64,000 bases of DNA, taken from assembly GCF_009914755.1 (NCBI RefSeq), contig NC_060929.1. One strand, 5' to 3'. Positions 55,857 to 64,000 of this stretch are shown here, piece by piece. The number at the start of each line of letters is the position of its first letter. The stretch's first letter is position 1. Below the pieces are notes generated by a model that worked only from the letters and a program-made list of their open reading frames with translations, ran no database searches and was not told the origin of the DNA. The position numbers and the translations under genes are program-made. Source of the stretch: the human T2T-CHM13v2.0 reference genome, Homo sapiens.

Positions 55857-56567
55857 AGAATATCTTAACATATCAATATGACTTGGTTGCCAAAGTTATA
55901 ATAAAAAGCATGATAATTGCATTTGTTGGAGTATGTGTCAATTAACTTTAAAAAAAATCAACTTCTTGAAAGTATTTACAGAAGTATTGGTTTATTACCT
56001 TTCCTCCACTAGACTTTTCTGATATGAGAACAAAGACTCAAATCAAATTTTAAAATTCGGAAGTTTAATGCACACTAAGAATATACAGGACTCTTAAAAA
56101 AAGCCTGTACACCCAACCAAATGATGTGGTTTAAATATGAAAATATCTTTTTGTTAATATATTACCAAAATGCAGTTGTTCTTTGGACAGCTTTTAAAGA
56201 CTTATATAAACAAAATATCTGAATCAAATGACATTTTAGGAGCATGACAAAGGAGGATTTAGACAGTGATCAATAATACGGATGTGTTAATGGCAATCAT
56301 TTTATTCCAAAACCGATCTTTCAAAAGTATATATTAATAAATATATGTCCTGTTAATAATGTTATAAATATTTCTGCTGATAACACCCTCTGGAACAAAG
56401 AATTTTTATTTATTTCTAAGTATTTTAAATTGGGTACAATCAACCATCCGGAGAAGTGGGAACAAAAATTTCTATGACATAGCATATATGAATGGGGACT
56501 GAATTTATTTTATTTTTCAAAATATAATATATATTTATTTAACATATTATTTTTAACATGTCAATAA

Positions 56568-56845
<278 letters not shown>

Positions 56846-57615
56846 AAGTTTGGATATTTTTAAAAGTTGTTAAGAAAATAATGACAATATTACACTGCAG
56901 TACTGACAAATCTAAGGTACACAGTGAAGCATTATAAAAAGTGCACTAGCCAAAAAATTGGAAACCACACCTCCTAGACATTCTCAGCAACTTACTAGAG
57001 TGACCTTGGATACTTCAAATATGAAATGAGTTTAATATCAAAATTAAATATGATAATGATATGTTGGTTTTTAAACTACTGAATATCATTAATAAATATT
57101 AAATTCTCAATATTATTATTTGTAAAGAATATCTTTTAATTATATGGTCATTAATTCACAAAACACTTCTGTATAATAAGTTAACATTTGTGACCATATA
57201 AATCATTTATATGTTGAAAGTGACTTAATTCTATTACATAATCATAAACATAATTTATTAGGGAATTAAATTTAGCCCATACATATAAATTTAACTTTGT
57301 ACATATGTGATGGAAAGATATTCACACACATGACATTACATTTATCTATTGAGGCCAATTATTTTATTAATTTTCTTCCATTTTCAGTTACAGTATACTG
57401 GACTCATGGAGTTTTAGAATAGGAATGACTTAATTTACCATATCTAATGTCCAGCAGATGTGGATTTGCATGAAGCTAATGAAGCTTAGCTTTGAGGTTT
57501 TATTATTAAAATTGTCTTCTTTTCTTTGAGTCCTTGATATTTCATAAGTTTTACCCTCAGATATACATACTCATTCTTAGCTACCAATGAAAGCCTCTTT
57601 TTCCTTTTCATTCCA

Positions 57616-57785
57616 ATGTGTGTGTGTATGTGTGTAAACATATATATGTGTTTATGTATATGGACGTATGTATGTATACATGTATAAATGTATGTATATG
57701 TATGTATATGTGTTTCTGTATACACACACAAATCAGTATTTTTTTAATATTCAGATATATATGCACATATATACATATATATATC
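57616..57785. repeat. Low-complexity alternating purine-pyrimidine tract (TG/TA/CA)
   Basis: Seen directly; explains the C/V/Y/I/H/T-rich pseudo-ORFs. Confidence 0.9.
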
Positions 57786-59194
57786 CCCCCCAAGGAAATA
57801 ATTTTAATTGGCCTAGTTTGAATAGTTCGCCTATCCCAAAATTAGGGAGCAGGTCAAATTGCTTTGAAGTTTCATTATAAGTAAAGTCTTGGAATGAGGA
57901 AACAGAAATTTGTGAAGAACAGTGTGCTATTCCAAAAATGGTTCGACAGACCAAACAACACACACATATTTGGAAAATGGGGCATGAGTTGGTAATAGGC
58001 AAAATATAAGTCTAGGAAGGAAGCGGGGTCCAAATCATAGGAGTCTTTACATGCTTAAAGACTTTGGATTGGATTTTATGAAATTCAACAGCCGAATTGT
58101 GTGAATTCTTAACAGATTTTATCAACTGAGGCAACATAGATAGAGTTTAAGGAGAGAAATAAGCCTTGTTTTCTTGGAAAATTGGATATATAATGTGATT
58201 TTTATAGACAATGGAATAAAGACAGATGTAAAGGATAAGGTGACAATAAGTTCTAATTTTAACCATTTAATTTGCATACAGAAATAATTTATTGCTTTGA
58301 AGACATATTTTACTAAAATTAAATCACTGGTAAGCTATTTCAGATTATAGAAAATATTTGTGAGAGTCCAATTTCCTATTACTTACAAGACTGTTTTAGA
58401 GATTTTTATTTTGTAAAAAGAGTTCAGAACAGACAATGTAATTATTTTATTCTTGCTTCAAAAACTAATTTCATCTCATAAGAATACAAATGCTACAAAT
58501 ATAAATGAAGAAAAAATTTTAATGATGCTGTCAAAGGAAAACAGTTTTCTGATATTAATTAAGCAATTTGACAAAATTAAAAATATGAGTGTGAAATATT
58601 GATCTTTAAGACAATGTAATATTGTTATTAAAAATTATAATTCTGACTTTAAATTTTAACATGATGAATATTTGTGAAATAGAGGCATAGTTGTTTTCTC
58701 TACAAGTATTAACCTGTTAATTTTTTTTTAATGGCTGAAGAAATTCTTGTTTATTCTTGTTTTTTCCTGTTTTTCTTGCTTTAAGTAAATCATCCTGAAT
58801 GCTTGTGTGTATGTGTGTGTTTGTGTTTGTAGGATACTTGTATTTATATTTTTTGCCATTAAAAAAGTATTTCTTTTGAAACAGTAAATACTAATATTTA
58901 TTTTAATAATTTTAGTCATTTTAATCTTTCTAAAAACCTGAAAAATGTATTCCTAACTTTCAGAGCACACTAAACTTCATATATTTTGCTTGTAGCTCAT
59001 GTACTTTTTTATTTTACACGTAAATATTTTTCTACTTTTATGAGCCAGAATTTATAGATAATTGAGGACAGCAGTGAACAAAATAGATAAAAGACATTTT
59101 TGCTTTATCATGCAATTATTTGAGTACACTTTGTCTTCTTTCAGCATATCAATTATATTTTAATGTTTAAATTTTTGTCATGCAGCTTTTAATA

Positions 59195-60027
59195 TATATC
59201 ATCTTATTTTTTACATTGGCAAATAAAATTCGATGTGTTTACAATGGAAAATATGATGTTTTGAAGTATATATACACTGTGGGATGATTGAATCTAGCTA
59301 ATTAACATCTTAATTACCTCACATCGTTATCATTTTTGTGTTGAGAACACTTTACATACGCTCTCTTGGCATTTTTAAGAATACAATATGTTATTAACCA
59401 TAGTCACTATATTGTACACTAGATCTCTTCAACTTATTCCTCCTGTCTAATTGAAATTGTGTATTCTTTGATCAACATCTTCCCAACCTTCTCACCCCAA
59501 TTGCCCGAGGCCCTGGTATACCATTCTACTCTGCTTCTATGATACCAACATTTTGAGATTCAGCATGTGATCAAGATTATAAAGTAGTTTTCTTTCAATG
59601 CCTGGCTGATTTAACTTAGCATAATGTCCTTCGGGTTTATCTATGTTGTTTCAAATAGTAATTTTTTTTCTTTTTATGGCTGAATAGGATTCCATTGGAT
59701 TTATATATCACATTTTCTTTATCCATTTACTCATTGATGGACATTTAGGTTGATCCCATGTCTTGGCTATTGTGAATAATGTTGAAGTAAACATGGGAAT
59801 TGGCATATCTCTTCAACATACTAATTTTTAAAATATATACACAGTAGTGGGATTTCTGTATCATGTGATAATTATATTTATAATTTTCTGAGAAACTGCC
59901 ATACTTTTGTCCATGGCTATACTAATTTACTATCCCACCAACAGTGTTCAAGATTTCTCTTTTCTCTGCATCTTTGTCAAAATTGTTATTTTTTCTCTTT
60001 TTGATAATAGTCATTCTAACAGGTGAG
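59195..60027 (-). mobile_element. L1MA-type 3' end
   Basis: ATGATGTTTTGAAGTATATATACA, TAGATCTCTTCAACTTATTCCTCC, GGCTATTGTGAATAATG. Confidence 0.88.
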
Positions 60028-60109
60028 CCGAGATTTCCACCACTGCACTCCAGCCTGGGGGAGAGCGCGAAACTCCCTCAAAAAAAAAAAAATAAAATAA
60101 AATAAAAAA
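60023..60109 (+). mobile_element. Alu extreme 3' fragment with poly-A
   Basis: GTGAGCCGAGAT...CCACTGCACTCCAGCCTGGG followed by an A tail. Confidence 0.9.
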
Positions 60110-61060
60110 GTTAATTAAAGCTGTTTTAAATTCTCTTTCTGATAATTTCAAAATTGTGTCACATCTGAATCTAGTTCTGATGATTGATTTGTCTTTTCAA
60201 ACTGTTTTTTGTTTGGTTTGGTTTGGATTTTGGTTTACTTTGTAGTTCTTTTGTTGTTTACCCTGCAACCTCAGCTCTATGATAAGTCTAAAAAATGTCA
60301 TTGGTTTTCAGTTTGTTTAGATTTTTCTTGTTGAAAGGATGGGAATGACAGCATCCATACTCTCTGTATGTCAGAGTTGTATCTGGATGATCATGTAATG
60401 ACTTAAATATATACATAATTAATAAATTAATAAACATATACAGTGTAAGTAGTTCTTTTTAGCTTTTATTATAGAAAATATCCAGGTGTGTTTTTTCCGT
60501 ATAGCACAGCTCTTAAAAGAATTTTACTTTTATTTGTTGACATTTTCAGCAAACTTTCTTATAAATTATAATGTAGATACATAAAATTGCAAATATTGTC
60601 AATGTATAGTTAAATTTTCACAAACTAAACACTCCTGTATAACCAGCACTAATATCATGTGAGAGAACCTTTGTAGTGATCTGAAGATGTTCTTGTCCCC
60701 TTCCTGTAACTTTATCATCCAGCCATGGTAACAAGAAAGAACCTTGTCACCATATGCAGAGATTATTTTGCTGTTTTGTTAGTTATATAACTATTTTGCT
60801 ATTTAGTGTATTGCTTCTTGAAAATTAACATGTATGTGTTTAAACATCATTTGCATTGTATATTTGAAGTTTGTTCAATATTATTGTTGCTTAGTATTTA
60901 AATGTAAAAGTATAACTCAATTTATTTAATGTTCTACTTTTCACAATTAACATTGGGTTGTTTCCAGATTTTTTAAGCAAAGAGTGCTACTATGTACATT
61001 CTTATGTGTGACTTTTCATGAATATATAATTATTTAGAAGCATTGCTGATTGATGTAAAA
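60110..61060 (-). mobile_element. Old L1M fragments (5' region about 60110-60385; L1ME-like 3' end about 60520-61060)
   Basis: TCTGATAATTTCAAAAT...GTTCTGATG; TTTTCACAAACTAAACACTCCTGTATAACCAGCAC; TTGGGTTGTTTCCAG. Confidence 0.6.
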
Positions 61061-61354
61061 CAATGTGTAGAATCAATGAGACAAGAATATACAAAGTAGG
61101 TCTTTCTAAAGAGTTTTTCTGAGTTTTTAAGAGTGATTCTCAACTGCTTGTTTAAAATCTTTATTTGTCATATAACTGATAAAACAAGTGGTAAACTTAT
61201 GAGACACCAAGAAATTTAGTGCATAAGATTTTTGAAATATGGGTTTATAAACAACCTTGCCCTAAGGATATATTATACATAGAGCTATTATTCAGCCAGG
61301 ACAATTAGCAACATGTTAAAATATGTGTTTATATATTTATTTAACATTTGCTAT

Positions 61355-62335
61355 TTCAATTTTTTCTAACATGGTGAAGTACATATGACATAAAATTTAC
61401 TATTTTAGGCTTTAGAAGTGCACGATTCAGTAACATTAAGTAGCTTATCACTGAATAATATTCCATTGTCTCGATGTACTATAGCTAATTTATTCACCTA
61501 CTGACATACATCTTGGTTGCTTCCATTCTGACAATTATAAACAAAGGTAATATAAACATCCACATGAAGGTTTGTGTCTAGACATAAGTTTTCAACTTTT
61601 TTTGGTAAATTCCAGGGATCACAATTACTGGATTATGTAGTAAATCATGTTTAGTTTTGAAACTACCAAACTCTCCTCCAAGGTAGCTTTTTCATTTTGC
61701 TCTTTTGTCAACAATGAATGAGCATTTGTGTTAGACCACATCTTCTCTAATATTTGGTGTTGTCAGTGTTATGGAATTGGCCATTCTAATATGTGTGTAG
61801 TGGTATCTCAATGTTGTTTTAATTTGCATTTCCCTGATGACATATAATTTGGGGCATCTTTTCATATACTTATTTGCATGTATTCATCTTCTTTGGTGGG
61901 TTGTCTCCTAAGATCTTGAAAGAAAAGAACAAAGTTGGAGGACTAACACTATCCAACTTCAAGGCGTAATATAATATAAAGCTGCAGTATTCAAGACAAA
62001 GTGATAATGGTGAAAAAAATAGATGAATAGATCAAGGGAACAGAATGCAAAGCCCAGTTGACATGTATATGGTCAACTGATCTTTGAAACTGGAGCAAAG
62101 GCAATACAATGGAGGAGGAATAGTGTTTTCAACAAATGATGCTGGAACAAGTGAACCTTGCTCAAAGATAGTGGGTCCAGATACAGACCTTACACTCATC
62201 ACAAAATTTAATATATCTGGGATCACAGATCTAAATGGAAAACACAGAACTATAAAACTCCTAGAGGCTAATGTAAGAAAAGGTCTGGTGACCTTGGGTC
62301 AACAATAAGAGAACAAACAACTTAGATTAAAAAGT
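61355..62335 (-). mobile_element. L1MB/MC LINE with inverted 5' segment (minus to about 61915, plus 61915-62335)
   Basis: Antisense TTGTTTTAATTTGCATTTCCCTGATG switches to sense GAACAAAGTTGGAGGACT...AAAACTCCTAGA. Confidence 0.8.
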
Positions 62336-62559
62336 AATTCACTTTTTTACATTTTTTCAATTATTGACATTTATACCAACTTTTGTTCAGGTTTATACTG
62401 AAATCATGTATTTCATATATATAGTGTGTTTCTAGAGTTTCTTTTACTTTCTTTTGTTTTACTTGTTAATGTAAAAGAACTTGTTTTTATCTTCTGGATA
62501 TCTTCATATCAATTCCTACTATTGCTAATCATTCTACTATAAACAACTGTTATTAGGAA

Positions 62560-63005
62560 ACTGTTAACAGTAATGTATTGCAATATTGATTCGGTACAAC
62601 ACACAACTATAAGATTTCAGTGGTGTTCAACACATTCAATTATTCCTTATTAATATAAGGTGTCCAGCTGGGCTTATTTTTATGATGGGTTCACTAGTTA
62701 TATTCTGGGGTGACTGTGGTGACTAGTTTCAGTGCCACTTATCTCTCACCAACCAGAAGACAATCCCAGGGATGCTTTATGACAATAGGTATAAATGAGA
62801 GAGCAAGCCCTGACATGCAAGTATTTTTTTTTCAAATCTCTGCTTATGTTGCATGTACCCACATCTCATTGGCTAAGACAGTTTTCCTGGCTGAATCAAG
62901 CTGTGAGGAAGGCGGCTTTCCCATGGACGAAGGGAGCAGCAGCACTACATTGTAAATAAAATAATGCAGGAAAGGATAAAGAATGAATTAATTGCAATCT
63001 ATAAC
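62560..63005 (-). mobile_element. Old MLT1-type LTR
   Basis: CAAATCTCTGCTTATG...CTCATTGGCTAAGACAG...GGAGCAGC motifs. Confidence 0.5.
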
Positions 63006-63099
63006 ACAATCCACTCCATTCTTCTCAATAGCAGTGACTTTAGAGTCCACCAATATCTCATATAAAGTGGACCCATTAGTTTCTACATGTCCTATCATG

Positions 63100-63990
63100 A
63101 ATAAAGTTGTAAACCTCAGTATGGTCTGCATTCTGTCTCTATAGAGTATGTTTGATTGATAAGTTGAATTAATATCATTTTACTTTGAAAATAATAGAAA
63201 TTCAAAATAATTTTTCATATTCTGTCAATTCCCAAGATCTTAATGAGAAGTCTGTTATTATTATTCTTATTTTCCTCTGCAGATGAACTGATTTTCTCTA
63301 TTGAAGAACCTAAGGGAGATCTTAATTCCTAGATTAATTCTTAAACTTGGAATTTTCAAATATCACCACAATGCATGTAATTTAGTTTTCCTTTCCTTTT
63401 ATTGTATTTTTAAAAATTGTCAATTCATTTAACCACTTGCCTTGTTACTCCTGATATTTTTCTTTTTTTATACAATTCTTTCTCTTAATCGAATATTGCA
63501 CTTCTCCAATATTGTCCTGTATATCAGTTTTTAAAATACTTTGTATTTGTTTGGCTTTTGATTCTATATTCAGAGTAATATCCTTCATGTTTTCCATTGA
63601 GCTGCTATATTTTTAATTTTTAAGAGCTCTTTTATTCATTTTTTTCAGTTGCTTATTATTTAGCATCATATTCTGCCTTCTAGGTAAAACATTATTGAAT
63701 TTGAAGACACTATAAGGATTTTTAAGGACATTATGTTTTACTCTTTGAATTATTTCTAATAACTATTTCTTTAAATATATCTGTTTTTTTAAACACTAAA
63801 TTATCTGTTTTCTTCTCACAGCATATTAACTTTGATCGCCCACTAATATTTAGAATGTGGAACTGACTTAAATTTTTCTAAGTGGCTGACTGGTTTTTCC
63901 TTGCTACTTTATATGTATATCTATTTTCCCACTAGTCATCAAGCTGATTTTTTACAAATTAAAATGACTGGAAACTCTGTCTGTATATAG
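63100..63990 (-). mobile_element. Old L1ME/HAL1-like antisense remnant
   Basis: T-rich strand with GAGAAGTCTG, TTTTAATTTTTAAGAGCTCTTT and ATTGAATTTGAAGAC motifs. Confidence 0.45.
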
Positions 63991-64000
63991 ATATTGATAT

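Noticed and set aside
57486-58002. Overlapping ORFs on both strands
   Set aside because: Produced by a TA/TG/CA low-complexity tract.

Overview
Hominoid (most likely human) AT-rich genomic DNA from a gene-poor region, either intergenic or deep intronic. I see no convincing host protein-coding exon. The ORFs with recognisable homology come from Alu, L1 ORF2, ERV9 pol/env or ERVL dUTPase remnants; the rest look like chance ORFs. The window is a mosaic of Alus, old and younger L1 pieces (two 5'-inverted), many solo LTRs, a decayed ERVL provirus and a 5'-deleted HERV9/LTR12 provirus (35549-41053). The most unusual structure lies at about 35.5-43.2 kb. A 205-bp segment at 41863-42067 is a 100% identical inverted copy of the ERV9 env 3' end (40311-40515). 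It brackets the LTR12 promoter, ends in a perfect fold-back hairpin, and sits among several other abrupt junctions without target-site duplications (TSDs). This looks like a recent template-switch rearrangement. Repeat subfamily names come from my recall of consensus sequences, and boundaries of old repeats are approximate; none was checked by alignment.
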